A DNA stretch of 64,000 bases from a virus, in IMG/VR virus record IMGVR_UViG_3300009151_000061, positions 1-64,000 of that record; one strand, given 5' to 3'. The translations under genes were made by a program, and so were the position numbers. Each line of letters begins with the position of its first letter. Positions within the stretch are counted from its first letter, which is position 1. This document shows, one piece after another, positions 18,476-29,543 of this stretch. The notes below the pieces were generated by a model. That model was given only the letters and a program-made list of their open reading frames with translations. It was not told the DNA's origin and searched no databases.

Positions 18476-20116
18476 ATGAATCTACGCTATGATAAAGAAC
18501 AAGAAAAATTTGTAGTCGCTGGAGCAACCAGAATAGAATATCACCAACTAAACCTTTGGTTAACAAGACATGTCAAGGGTTATAGATTCATGCCTGCCTT
18601 TAAGATGGGGGTTTGGAATGGACAAACATCTTACTTTGATAACGGAAAAGTTAACTTAGGTCTTTGGAAGGAATGTTGGAAAGCTTGTAAGGAAATAGGG
18701 GTTACATTTAACATTGAAAATAAAGAGGACTTCCCTCTAAATAGAGAAGTTACATTAGAAGGACTAACTGAATTTTGTAAGGACTTCTACAAACAGTATA
18801 AGGTTAAAGACAGAAAAACCGGTGAGTGGATTCCATTCATGCCGTATGACTATCAGATTGAAACTGCTTTTAAAATACTTAGGAATAGATACTGTATGGC
18901 GGAAGTTGCCACTTCAGGTGGTAAATCCCTAGTTATATCTATTGTCATCTTTTACATATTAAAGAATATGAACCCAGATGCTAAATTTTTAATTATAGTT
19001 CCTTCTATTACACTAGTTACTCAGTTCTATGAAAATATTATGGAGTATAACTATGGTAATAATTATTTAGATAAATACAATAACACTGTAGAATTCAGAG
19101 ACCATCTTATTGATGCTATCCTTAATGACGACCCAAACTATAAGCCGTGTCATATCAGAATGGAAGAAATCATGTCGGATAAACCACGTAAATATACCGG
19201 ACCTTCTCAACCAAATATTTATATCGGATGTTATCAGTCATTAGAGAAATGGCCAAAGGAATTCTTCCATCAATTTCATACTGTCGCCTGTGATGAAGCA
19301 CACGGTGCAAAGGCAACCACTTTAACAACTATTCTTAAAAGAACTTTTGGACATGCTTATAACAGGTTTGGAGTTAGTGGTACATTCCCATCTGACGACA
19401 CATTAGAGATACTAACTATTCAATCTGTATTAGGGCCAAAAGTAACCCAGATTGAAGCATCTGCTTTAGTTAAGTCTGGTACGATTACTCCTATGGAAAT
19501 AAGGGCAGTTATACTAAATCATGCAACCGGTGAAATGAATGATAGGTTATCTGCTATAAGAAAGATGGGTGCCGGTGCAGAGGCTTACAGATATGAGATG
19601 GATTATATACAACAATCAGAAAAAAGATTGGAGTTTATAAAAAAGATGGTCGATAAATGTACTAGCAATACCCTGTTATTATTTAACACTATTGAATATG
19701 GTAAGAAGATCGTCAATAAACTTAGAGAAGATCTAAAGGATAAGGAATTCTATTATATTGCCGGTGAGATTAAGAATAAGGAAAGAGAAGCTATTAAGAA
19801 AGCAATGGAACGAACCGATGGTAAGGTTATTGTGCTGGTTGCATCATATGGTACACTTTCAACAGGGGTTTCCATCAACGCTATCTTTAATGTCATATTT
19901 GCAGACTCGCCTGGTAAATCCGAGGGTAAGATTATTCAATCAATTGGTAGGGCTTTAAGAAAACATGATGACAAGAAAATAGCAACTATTTTCGATATAG
20001 TAGATGTATTCGATCCAAAAGAACTAAATAATACATTATATAAGCATTTCCTAGAGCGAGAAAAATACTATAAGAATAGAAGCTATCCGTGTAAGGTTAT
20101 TAAAATGAATCTTTAG
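18476..20116 (+). CDS. uvsW: SF2 DNA helicase, T4 UvsW-like
   Basis: PYDYQ, ATSGGKS, DEAH, SGT, STGVSI, QSIGRALR. Confidence 0.9.
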   Translation: MNLRYDKEQEKFVVAGATRIEYHQLNLWLTRHVKGYRFMPAFKMGVWNGQTSYFDNGKVNLGLWKECWKACKEIGVTFNIENKEDFPLNREVTLEGLTEFCKDFYKQYKVKDRKTGEWIPFMPYDYQIETAFKILRNRYCMAEVATSGGKSLVISIVIFYILKNMNPDAKFLIIVPSITLVTQFYENIMEYNYGNNYLDKYNNTVEFRDHLIDAILNDDPNYKPCHIRMEEIMSDKPRKYTGPSQPNIYIGCYQSLEKWPKEFFHQFHTVACDEAHGAKATTLTTILKRTFGHAYNRFGVSGTFPSDDTLEILTIQSVLGPKVTQIEASALVKSGTITPMEIRAVILNHATGEMNDRLSAIRKMGAGAEAYRYEMDYIQQSEKRLEFIKKMVDKCTSNTLLLFNTIEYGKKIVNKLREDLKDKEFYYIAGEIKNKEREAIKKAMERTDGKVIVLVASYGTLSTGVSINAIFNVIFADSPGKSEGKIIQSIGRALRKHDDKKIATIFDIVDVFDPKELNNTLYKHFLEREKYYKNRSYPCKVIKMNL

Positions 20117-21591
20117 TTCTTAGTTTTTTTAACCTGATTAGGATCATATTTAATTCTAATAACAGTTGATATTAGACTAACCTTTCTACTCTTTTTATAT
20201 ACACCACCGCCTTCTCTAGACCCTTTCTCATCTGTATTACCCTCTATGGTATCAACTCTACCATCTTTAAGTGTACCTACTGATAAACCTATATGACTGA
20301 AATTAAATATTATTATATCACCTGGTAATATACTAGTAAATGGTGATTTATAAACTTCTACAAAGCTTGAGTTATTCGTCGCCCAGTTTCTAAAGTCATA
20401 AGCACCGGCTGTTTGTGGTAGCCTGAATGAGTGTGGTATTCCCTTTGACGCAACAGTTTTAAACAGATAACATATAAATGCCGCACACCAAGCAAAACCA
20501 GAACCTTTTAGGAAGGTTGATCTCTGATATAATGATTCGACTTGTGGTCCACTATTTTCGTTTGCACTATAGTGTTTTCCTTCATATGACCACTCCAGTT
20601 CCTTTACTCCAACCTGTGTATAAGCATGTTTAACCATTTCCTGAGCAAACTGGTTTGTTATTCCCGAAGAAGGTCCTACTGAAGGGTCATTATAAACTGG
20701 TGGAGTTGTTGGAACTTTAGAATCATTAGTAGGGTCGTTAGTTATATTAGCTTTATTATTTTCGTCAACTTTAGGCTTAAAGTCTTCAGAATTTGCATCA
20801 ACTGTAGATTCACTATCCGTATTAAAGTCTTTTGTAGATTTTTTGAATGTATCTCCATATTGTGGAGTATTTTGTCTATTCTGAGCATTATCACTAACTG
20901 TAGATACTTTAAAGTTATCGTTTATATAAACATTGTTTGACAAGAACTTTGGATCTCTCAATGTTTTATATTGGTTTAAACAATCAATTAACTCTGGGTT
21001 TGCAACTACAGGTGAACCTAAATTACCTAAATATGGACCATCATTTGCTCCCAATAAGTTATCAACTAATGTATCAAACCAGTTCATAAAATTAGTACCA
21101 AGTATTGCTTGTTGATCCGCATTAGCGTCCCCCAAAGACAATTTTCCTTGATTATCCTTTAGGTTTAAATCAATAGTTTCTGATTTTATGTTAATATTAT
21201 TATACTTATAGTCGATCATCAACCCATCTGTGTCATTTGAGAATATCTGTGTCTTGTGATCAAACATAAGAGATCTCATGGAAGTATATTCTGATGTTGA
21301 TAAACTATCTAACTTATCCTGTAGGTTTCTATTATAATGTTGAGCGAATATATATTCCGGTTTATATGGATTACCATCATCAAATACAACTGATAAAACC
21401 TTACCAACTTCGGGTAGTATGAACATATTACCATTAAGATCTTTCCAAGGGGTTGCCCATGGTAGGTCTTCCTTAGGTATATCTTCATACACGTTCATAA
21501 CACGTACTTTAATTCTACCTATTTTCTGTGGATCTTCGTTGTCCTCAACAACTCCAACAAATATTTGATTTTTTAATTCTTCTCTTGTCAT
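20113..21591 (-). CDS. Baseplate spike/hub (gp5-like OB fold) with C-terminal CHAP-type amidase
   Basis: GVVEDNEDPQKIGRIKVRV...LPWATP...PEVG; C-terminal AWCAAF...PGDI...SHIG...IEGNT. Confidence 0.8.
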   Translation of the reverse strand: MTREELKNQIFVGVVEDNEDPQKIGRIKVRVMNVYEDIPKEDLPWATPWKDLNGNMFILPEVGKVLSVVFDDGNPYKPEYIFAQHYNRNLQDKLDSLSTSEYTSMRSLMFDHKTQIFSNDTDGLMIDYKYNNINIKSETIDLNLKDNQGKLSLGDANADQQAILGTNFMNWFDTLVDNLLGANDGPYLGNLGSPVVANPELIDCLNQYKTLRDPKFLSNNVYINDNFKVSTVSDNAQNRQNTPQYGDTFKKSTKDFNTDSESTVDANSEDFKPKVDENNKANITNDPTNDSKVPTTPPVYNDPSVGPSSGITNQFAQEMVKHAYTQVGVKELEWSYEGKHYSANENSGPQVESLYQRSTFLKGSGFAWCAAFICYLFKTVASKGIPHSFRLPQTAGAYDFRNWATNNSSFVEVYKSPFTSILPGDIIIFNFSHIGLSVGTLKDGRVDTIEGNTDEKGSREGGGVYKKSRKVSLISTVIRIKYDPNQVKKTKN

Positions 21592-23957
21592 TATAATCTA
21601 TTGTTTAATCTAGGGTCACTTGGATTTGTAAAGAATCCTCTAACTGAGTCTCCCACAAAATTTATGAAGTCTGAATAATTACCATCATTATAATATTCAT
21701 CATAAACATTTGTTGGTGGGGATACTACCATACCAAGAGAATCACTTCCCAACGTAATTGAAATTTCACCCAATGCCTTATTTAGTAGAGCAGTAGTTGC
21801 TAGTATAGCAGCATTACCGATACCAATCACTTCCTTTAACATCTCACGCTTTAGTTTATCCCATGGTGAACCAGATACAAAAAGAGAACCACCATTTTGA
21901 TTTAATATACTATCCTCATCTGACATTGTTGTAAATGAGTCCATCAATGCCATTTCAACATTAGATCCTTGGTTTGTTCCAGTATTTACACCAAATCCAG
22001 TATCATCTTGTCCTAAGAAAGTTCCATCTTCATAGAATGCGCTTCTATCATCAACTAAAGTTGTATATGAATCCTTTAATGCGATTTCAACATTAACTCC
22101 GGATCCTGGTTGGTTTGTTCCAGTATTTACACCAAATCCGGTATCGTCTTGTCCTAAGAAAGTTCCATCTTCATAGAATGCACTTCTATCATCAACTAAG
22201 GTTGTATATGAATCCTTTAATGCGATTTCAACATTAGCTCCCGATCCTGGTTGGTTTGCACCAGCATTTACTCCGAATCCACCACCTAGAAATGTACCAT
22301 TTTCACCTTCCGATTCTGATTTTGACTTTTTATCCAAAATTCCTTGGATAGACGAAGACAACGCTATTTCAACATTAGCTCCCGATCCTGGTTGGTTTGC
22401 ACCAGCATTTACACCAAACCCACCACCTAGAAATGTACCATTTTCACCTTCCGATTCTGATTTTGACTTTTTATCCAAAATTCCTTGGATAGACGAAGAC
22501 AACGCCTTTTTAATATCATCAGCATAGTTTGATTGTTGCACTTTACTGACTTTCGATTCCTGAGTGGTTGTCTTTGTTTTATCAGCAGCTCTCAATGATT
22601 CTATAGTGTCACCCTGTGAACTGGTTCTAATAGGACCGGAAGACTGTATATTCCAAAGATCCAATGGTGTTATGTTATTACTATGCTGAATACCACCCGG
22701 TCCTATAGATGAGTTATTAGTATTTATAGATGATATTTTTCTACCTAAAGAAGAGTTGTCAATATCTATTTCAGTGTAATATTTTTCTATATTATCTGGA
22801 GATAGATCAGAATCTCTTGTTATTCTAGAAAGTGGACCCGGATCATAGAATTTAGTAAACTTCATTGTTGAGTTCTTATAGTTAAACTTTACATCATATG
22901 AATCAGCATATGCTGGTGCCGTCATATCTAATGAATCACCATGTGGTAAACCAGTAAAAAAGAACTGACACTCATACAATCTATAAGTATATTTAGATAT
23001 ATTATCAGCATACTCGTTTAATACATAACTATTATCTAATCCAGTATTTACATTTTTACCAATCTCTTTAATAACCCTATTATATTTCCTAACTTCGGTT
23101 ACCGTTATCTCAACATCAAATCTTAATAGATTCTGTGGTATTATTGACTTACCATTTATTCTTGACCACCAAAGTTGCTTATATAATGAACTTAGATATC
23201 CTATGTTCTGTGATACGTCCTCCCAAAATGTTAGAGATATAAAGTCTTTACCATAATCAACAAATGATTTTATCTCTGAACCATCCGTAGACTCGGTTAG
23301 CTTATCCAAACCAGCTATCTTCTTCAAATAATAAACTTTAACTCCGGTATTTGAATTACCATCTTGAGCTCTCTTTGGTATAAATTCAGGCGGATTATAA
23401 GATGTTCCGTCTGAGTTTGTCTTCGAAGGATTATCATTCTTTAAAAATTTAAATAACTGGCTTCTAAAAGCGTCTAAAATGGATTGCCTTGAAGCAATCT
23501 CCGAATTCCAAGCACCAAGCGTAGATATAAATTCATCTATATCACCATTAAATAGTGGTGACTCATCAACTAGTATTTTTATATCAAATCCAAGCATTGT
23601 TGGATCTTCATTATCATCTAAAGTTCTAATGAATGAACCTAAATAAGCATTAGAATCATTATTTAACTCACCTATTTTTTTCTCTGCTTTTGTCCCGTTA
23701 TATGAATCCTGAAAATCCAACAAGTGAGTAAATTGTTCCGTACCAAAGTCTTTAAACCGATCATATACTAATCTTCTGATTTCAAGAGATGTTTGAGTTG
23801 TTCCATTTGCATAACCGTGTGTATTAATAGAATGACCAATCTCAACATATCCTTCTGGATTACTTATACCCACGTAAGTACTTTTTTTATTATTCGGATC
23901 TATTATATAGTCACTTGGTGGTGTAAAACCTAATGGGGATTTTTCTTTACTTGGCAT
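21591..23957 (-). CDS. Putative tail/baseplate structural protein with internal 47-aa repeats
   Basis: Lies in the baseplate cluster; tube-like pattern LTFWED...YRLYECQF. Confidence 0.55.
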   Translation of the reverse strand: MPSKEKSPLGFTPPSDYIIDPNNKKSTYVGISNPEGYVEIGHSINTHGYANGTTQTSLEIRRLVYDRFKDFGTEQFTHLLDFQDSYNGTKAEKKIGELNNDSNAYLGSFIRTLDDNEDPTMLGFDIKILVDESPLFNGDIDEFISTLGAWNSEIASRQSILDAFRSQLFKFLKNDNPSKTNSDGTSYNPPEFIPKRAQDGNSNTGVKVYYLKKIAGLDKLTESTDGSEIKSFVDYGKDFISLTFWEDVSQNIGYLSSLYKQLWWSRINGKSIIPQNLLRFDVEITVTEVRKYNRVIKEIGKNVNTGLDNSYVLNEYADNISKYTYRLYECQFFFTGLPHGDSLDMTAPAYADSYDVKFNYKNSTMKFTKFYDPGPLSRITRDSDLSPDNIEKYYTEIDIDNSSLGRKISSINTNNSSIGPGGIQHSNNITPLDLWNIQSSGPIRTSSQGDTIESLRAADKTKTTTQESKVSKVQQSNYADDIKKALSSSIQGILDKKSKSESEGENGTFLGGGFGVNAGANQPGSGANVEIALSSSIQGILDKKSKSESEGENGTFLGGGFGVNAGANQPGSGANVEIALKDSYTTLVDDRSAFYEDGTFLGQDDTGFGVNTGTNQPGSGVNVEIALKDSYTTLVDDRSAFYEDGTFLGQDDTGFGVNTGTNQGSNVEMALMDSFTTMSDEDSILNQNGGSLFVSGSPWDKLKREMLKEVIGIGNAAILATTALLNKALGEISITLGSDSLGMVVSPPTNVYDEYYNDGNYSDFINFVGDSVRGFFTNPSDPRLNNRL
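21945..22505. repeat. Tandem 141-nt repeat, four units arranged AABB
   Basis: TTTGACTTTTTATCC at 22321 and 22462; GTTCCATCTTCATAG at 22021 and 22162. Confidence 0.9.
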
Positions 23958-23983
23958 TTTATAAGAGAGATTTTATGTATATA

Positions 23984-26900
23984 TTATTTAAAGTATTCTC
24001 TTATTTGTAACCAGTTTTTACATCTTGATTGGAATCCATTATATCCACCATTAATACCTAGACATATCATTGTGAAGTTAACAAAATTGGTGTCATTTGG
24101 ACTAAAATAGGTAGCTATATCATTAGGATTCTTCGTAGTAAAAATTCCATATTTTTTGACAGCTTTTTTACTTTGTTCTACATTTTCTGGTAGATCTTCT
24201 ATAGTTGTGCCTCCAAAGTTAAATGGTTTCTTTATATCCATTTTATCAGCATATTTATTTAGATCTCCCCTAACACTACCCTTTAACCAAAACCAAACAG
24301 ATGCATTTATAGCATTCTGTATTTGATCAGGAGTATCTGCATAACGTTGATGAACCGGATTCTCTGCTGATAACAAAGAAGTATCATTTACAAAATCTTG
24401 ATTGAAGTATTGACTAGCCTTAGAGTAGTTATTTCTACCAGTTATTTGTAACAAACCTCTACCCTTGTACTTTACCCCATCTCCGGTTTTAGTATTACCC
24501 AAATCTTTTCTTGCTTCATATTGAGAACCGGCTGATATTCCTCTCTCCGTAGTATAAAATATAAATCCACTCTCAATACTTACTTGAGATAGAAATGCTG
24601 CTATCCTTTCTTTAGATGTTATTCCATTCTTAATAAGGGCATTTTTAAGTGGTTCATACCATAACTCAACTATCTTAGGTCTAGCCTTATATAGTTCTCT
24701 AAATATATCCTTGGTTAATGGGAATTGTGTATCATCTATTGGTGTACTTGATGTAGCACCAGGTGTAGTGCTTTGTGTTGCACTAACTACTGGGTTCTCA
24801 TTAATCACACCATTATCATTTGATGTTTTTTCACCACCCGTATTTTGGGCTGGTTGATTTTGTGTTGGTTCTTTTGCTAATTCTTCTGGTGACAATTCAA
24901 GCTCCCTTTTAAGAAGTTTAACTACTTGTCTAAATGACTTACCATCATAATTATATGATATATCAACTATTAACCACTCACCAGTCAATCTATTGTTTAT
25001 CTGTGGGGCAGAAGGAGTTGATATTTGATTAGATAAGAATAGGAACACCTTTTGAAATCTATAAATATTAAAGTTTGGTGTCTTCATTACAATTTCCAGT
25101 CCTACCTTTTGAAGATCTACTATATTCCTAGTATTCTGCACGTAAGAGTAATGATAGTTTTGGTGAGTATTATCCGTATCAATTCTACCAGTATATAAAT
25201 ATTGAGTATTATCATTATAAAAGGATTCATCATTTGGAGCACCTTTTAATATGATACTCTTCTGATCTGTATCGGTAATAGAACCAACATCAAATATTAA
25301 AAATGACTTAGCCTTCTCGTCATAGTATTTCATCTTTGTCTTATATCCCTCTTTAATTGAGGTTGCGGTTGAGTTATTTAAAACCTTATAACTCTCAAAG
25401 AAGATGTTTGACTCAGCCATTGATAAGTCATTTGTTAAGAATAACTTTGATACTATTTCTGGATTAGAAGTTTTAAGAGCATCTTCAATACCAATATTTC
25501 CAATACCCAAGTCTTCCTTTATATTTCTACTTAGTTCCTTTTCAATATCTATGTAGTTCAAGTTATAGTAATAATCGATATAGAAATAAAGAAAAGATTG
25601 ATCTGACTTATATGAAGTTTCAACAATAGACTCAATGAACTCAATCGATCTTTGACCTGTATTCAACCACTTCATTGAATCGTTAGTATCATCAAAGTTA
25701 CTATTAAATCCAAGTCCAGACTCCTTACATATTGACTGTAAAGTATAAAAACTGGTTGAGTTGTATGACTTAAACGTCTTTAAGTATAAGTAGTTAACAT
25801 CTAAAACTCCACTTATAGAGTATTCAGATCCATTTATCGAAAATTTAGTAATCTTAAACTGTAGAAATATTGGTTTAACCTGTTCACTCCTTGCATTTAT
25901 AAATACTTCTATTTTAGAATCATCTAATGGAAAAGCTTTATCCTTCATAAGATTTAGTGAATCAAAGAAAATTATCTTAACAGTTGGTAGATGTTCTTGT
26001 ATAGATAGATTAAAGAATCTAATATCATTATACTCAATTTGATAAGAGTTATACCATATAAACGGTATATTACCTAACCCTTGAACAATTTCATCTTGAG
26101 CATCCTCACCACTAGGTAAAGGCATCACAATAGGATTTGGTTTTATAGTTGCTGGGAATATATTAACATTGGTTAGTATCTTACCATCTAGGTTTTTTGG
26201 TTTATTCTGATTACTATTGATGTCATTACCTGTTCTTGCTTCTCTACCTTCTTCTTGAGCTTGTTGTGGAGTTTGAGATGATGTAGCACCGGTTGGGGTA
26301 GAACTTGGTGGAATGGGTCCAGCCTCTGTACCTTCAATAAGGGTAAGTTGTTGCATCACTCTGGCATAGAATAGATCCGCATATTTTTTAGCTCCTTTAC
26401 CAGATATAGCTAATGCTACCTTTCTTATTGCATCTTTTAAATTATTATCACTTTGACTAGGATCAATATAAAGATAATCAATACCCTTTTTAGCATATGC
26501 ACCACCTGATTTGTTATGAACATAGACAGCATAGTTAGCAACTATTGAGTTAGTCTTTTGAAATAAATCATCCCACTGTGTATTCGTTGACGCACTTGCA
26601 ATTTTATCTAAATTACCACCGTATTGACTCCAATTTTTCTTAACATTTAGAATTACAGAATCATTACCGGTATACGATAGAACATAACTTATTATTGGCT
26701 TATATGCTCCCCTACCAGTTGTTTGAACAAATCCTCTTCCCCTGAATTTAAAAAAGTCAGCTTCTGTTATAAATGTATTTGGTATACCAGATGGATCAAC
26801 TGCTTTTGAACTTGGTGTTGGGGTAGCAAATCCAGTTGGGAATACTGTACCACTCCATGCGGTATTGGTTGTGTTTTTTAATATGCTACCAAAAGGTTTA

Positions 26901-27355
26901 GATCCGTGCGCTAATATATAAGTAGAGTCACTGAATAAATCTAAAGATTTTTTATTAGTATCTAAAGTATTGTATGATACCTTTGTACCTGGTATTGAAT
27001 CAAACGCATATGCTATACCTGGGTGACCAGATGATCCAATATCATTAACCCCCTCTGTTACTGGGGAGAATAACCCACCATTTTCATTCATTACAATAGA
27101 GTCTAAACAAAGAAACTCTATTAGATTAATATTATCCCTACCATATATTATTTTATAATTAGACCAAAACTTATTCCAGTTAGATGGATTTTTTAGTTTG
27201 ACTCCAGTCACCTTCCCGTTCGATACGGTAAGCCAATTATCTTTTTCAGCAATCTTGGTATTAAACCAATCAGCAAATCCTTTAGATCCAATTTTTTGGA
27301 AGAAAGCATCAATATCGGATACACTTGAGAATGTTGTTGTTCTATATTTAGGCAT
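23984..27355 (-). CDS. Baseplate hub-like protein with two GH19 (chitinase/lysozyme-like) domains
   Basis: FRGRGFVQTTGR near N-terminus; IAAFLSQVSIES...YKGRGLLQITGRNNY...INGGYNG at C-terminus; hub-like centre (LTGEWLIVDISY). Confidence 0.75.
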   Translation of the reverse strand: MPKYRTTTFSSVSDIDAFFQKIGSKGFADWFNTKIAEKDNWLTVSNGKVTGVKLKNPSNWNKFWSNYKIIYGRDNINLIEFLCLDSIVMNENGGLFSPVTEGVNDIGSSGHPGIAYAFDSIPGTKVSYNTLDTNKKSLDLFSDSTYILAHGSKPFGSILKNTTNTAWSGTVFPTGFATPTPSSKAVDPSGIPNTFITEADFFKFRGRGFVQTTGRGAYKPIISYVLSYTGNDSVILNVKKNWSQYGGNLDKIASASTNTQWDDLFQKTNSIVANYAVYVHNKSGGAYAKKGIDYLYIDPSQSDNNLKDAIRKVALAISGKGAKKYADLFYARVMQQLTLIEGTEAGPIPPSSTPTGATSSQTPQQAQEEGREARTGNDINSNQNKPKNLDGKILTNVNIFPATIKPNPIVMPLPSGEDAQDEIVQGLGNIPFIWYNSYQIEYNDIRFFNLSIQEHLPTVKIIFFDSLNLMKDKAFPLDDSKIEVFINARSEQVKPIFLQFKITKFSINGSEYSISGVLDVNYLYLKTFKSYNSTSFYTLQSICKESGLGFNSNFDDTNDSMKWLNTGQRSIEFIESIVETSYKSDQSFLYFYIDYYYNLNYIDIEKELSRNIKEDLGIGNIGIEDALKTSNPEIVSKLFLTNDLSMAESNIFFESYKVLNNSTATSIKEGYKTKMKYYDEKAKSFLIFDVGSITDTDQKSIILKGAPNDESFYNDNTQYLYTGRIDTDNTHQNYHYSYVQNTRNIVDLQKVGLEIVMKTPNFNIYRFQKVFLFLSNQISTPSAPQINNRLTGEWLIVDISYNYDGKSFRQVVKLLKRELELSPEELAKEPTQNQPAQNTGGEKTSNDNGVINENPVVSATQSTTPGATSSTPIDDTQFPLTKDIFRELYKARPKIVELWYEPLKNALIKNGITSKERIAAFLSQVSIESGFIFYTTERGISAGSQYEARKDLGNTKTGDGVKYKGRGLLQITGRNNYSKASQYFNQDFVNDTSLLSAENPVHQRYADTPDQIQNAINASVWFWLKGSVRGDLNKYADKMDIKKPFNFGGTTIEDLPENVEQSKKAVKKYGIFTTKNPNDIATYFSPNDTNFVNFTMICLGINGGYNGFQSRCKNWLQIREYFK

Positions 27356-27855
27356 TATTGTATAATCATTTGGTTTCTACTCCTATCTATTGTTATAGCT
27401 GGTTGCGGTACTTCATTAAATGTTGGTGGTAATGAGTAATTCTGGTCGACAAAATCCTGTCTATTAGGATCAATTTTATTAATCTTATTAGCATTTAATA
27501 AGGTATTTCTAGCATCAACATTCTGACTAGATTTGACTCTAAAATTATCTATATTTTGAGCATCGGTATATAATATTGTATCTCCAGCCATTATATTTAA
27601 TGGGTTATCAATGTCATTAAAACTCAGGATGAAATCTAAATATTCTGTTGTAGAATAAATACTATTTGATACCAAGTCAATTCGCATCTCGTTCTCAGGT
27701 GAAACTGTTGAGTCAATCACACTATAATTTTTCATCATTTGAAAGGTTGGTTGGAAGAGATCATATAAAGGATCATTAGTTTTCACTCCCGAAGCATCCA
27801 CACCAGCCAGTTGCTGATTACTAATGGATAATTTATCTATATCATATATTTTCAT
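27355..27855 (-). CDS. Baseplate wedge protein, gp53/LysM-like
   Basis: MRIDLVSNSIY...ILSFNDIDNPLNIMAGDTI. Confidence 0.65.
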   Translation of the reverse strand: MKIYDIDKLSISNQQLAGVDASGVKTNDPLYDLFQPTFQMMKNYSVIDSTVSPENEMRIDLVSNSIYSTTEYLDFILSFNDIDNPLNIMAGDTILYTDAQNIDNFRVKSSQNVDARNTLLNANKINKIDPNRQDFVDQNYSLPPTFNEVPQPAITIDRSRNQMIIQ

Positions 27856-27866
27856 ATCTTAAAATT

Positions 27867-29492
27867 TTATTTAGTTGATGCAGATTGATTACTACTATAC
27901 GTTCCATGTGTTTGGTAGAACTTCTCACCTGGTTGTGAATAGGTAAACCAATCTCTACCCTCAATAGGCCTCAATACATATTGACCATTTTTATCAATAT
28001 CACCGTTTTGTAAGTATTGAACTCTTGCTTTCTCAGCTGGTGGTATGTCCATTGTTTTAAATTGATAAGATCCAGTTGCTGTAATAGAATAAGTAAATTT
28101 ATCATTAGGCACCTCGACCGCAGATAGTTGATATCTTTGGTAACTTCTTCCTCTACCTGTATTCATCCTACTATATAACTCTTGAGCACCGAGAGGTCTA
28201 GCATTTGTCAGAGTGAATGATATTTTAATACTTGATGGTAAATCATTAAATGCTAATGTTTTACCCATGTTCATAGTAACCTCACTACAAATCATATCAC
28301 CACTTGTAAACATAGGCTTCTTTGGATTACCGATTGTGATATGCCAAGGTCCTGATGGAGAACCAGTTAAAGCTTGTGTTATACCCAATAACCTAATTTT
28401 ATATTTACTTATCACACTACCTATTGTTGCAGCGAATATATTCTTTATACTACCAGCTATATTATCCACCACGTCCGAAAGACTTTCCGCCTTTTCAGTC
28501 AAGTTTTTAAGTATACTAGCTCCTAATTTACCAATAGCATTGATTAAGGCTCCCACGAAGCTCACTAACGCTCTTCCTATTGCGGCTGCATCACCACTTA
28601 TTAAGTCTTTAATAATCGGTGCTGTTGTTTCTGCAAAAGCAGTATTAAAATGAAATACCGCATCTGAAGTACCGAATGTTAAGGCATTTTGTATTATATC
28701 CATATAAACAAGAGTAGGATCAACTCCATTTATAAACTTCTGTTCATATTCAACTTCAAACTTAACAGATATAGTTGCTTTTAATCCACTACCTGCTTGA
28801 TTTTTTTCAACAGTATTTCTTCTTTTAGCTTCTCTTATTAAGTTAGGATTTCCCAATGGTGAGTTTCCTATACCAAACTCAGTTAATCCAAGTTCTTGCA
28901 TCACTGCATATTGTAAACCCTCCATCATACCACCAAATGGTATTGAGTTAAACCCTTTAGCTACAGTATCTCCTAGGTTTCCCCAATTTGATTCCTGTGA
29001 ACCTTTGGTATCCTCACCTATATCATTTAGAACTTTTGTAAAAGAAGCATCTGATGAGACCCAATCCTCACCGTACTGTACAGAAAAATATTCAGAATCA
29101 CCATCTTTTATCCAACCAACAATTGTTGCCATTGGGCTAGCCATAATAGATGTTAAATCACTTGGTGCTCCACTTGCAAATCTCCTAGCCACCATTAATC
29201 TATTATTAGGATAAACACCAACGTCTTTAAGATATGCAAAATCAGCATATCTCAACTTCATAGCTGGGTAACCACTAGTATATGATATCAATGATGATAT
29301 AGAAGTGTCATTAACATCGTTATTGTGTATATCATTAGGACCACCAATTAACTGAGGAGTACCATTAGTCTCAAGTAATCTTGGATATGGGCTGAACTGA
29401 GCATTCTCAAACATTGATTGGACATTCTTACCATTAATAACTTTGTATTGTGGTATTCTACCGGCGCCTCTTGGATTTAATGGGTTTGACAT
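27867..29492 (-). CDS. Putative baseplate/tail structural protein
   Basis: First gene of the late operon; WHITIGNP...DLPSSIKISFTL. Confidence 0.5.
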   Translation of the reverse strand: MSNPLNPRGAGRIPQYKVINGKNVQSMFENAQFSPYPRLLETNGTPQLIGGPNDIHNNDVNDTSISSLISYTSGYPAMKLRYADFAYLKDVGVYPNNRLMVARRFASGAPSDLTSIMASPMATIVGWIKDGDSEYFSVQYGEDWVSSDASFTKVLNDIGEDTKGSQESNWGNLGDTVAKGFNSIPFGGMMEGLQYAVMQELGLTEFGIGNSPLGNPNLIREAKRRNTVEKNQAGSGLKATISVKFEVEYEQKFINGVDPTLVYMDIIQNALTFGTSDAVFHFNTAFAETTAPIIKDLISGDAAAIGRALVSFVGALINAIGKLGASILKNLTEKAESLSDVVDNIAGSIKNIFAATIGSVISKYKIRLLGITQALTGSPSGPWHITIGNPKKPMFTSGDMICSEVTMNMGKTLAFNDLPSSIKISFTLTNARPLGAQELYSRMNTGRGRSYQRYQLSAVEVPNDKFTYSITATGSYQFKTMDIPPAEKARVQYLQNGDIDKNGQYVLRPIEGRDWFTYSQPGEKFYQTHGTYSSNQSASTK

Positions 29493-29543
29493 GTAAAGAT
29501 TAATTTTATTTATATATTAAATAGTTAATAATCTATATTAAAA

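Noticed and set aside
21945-22505. Possible CRISPR array or DGR template/variable repeat
   Set aside because: In-frame 141-nt tandem coding repeats with no spacers, no adenine-specific variation and no reverse transcriptase or cas gene in the window.
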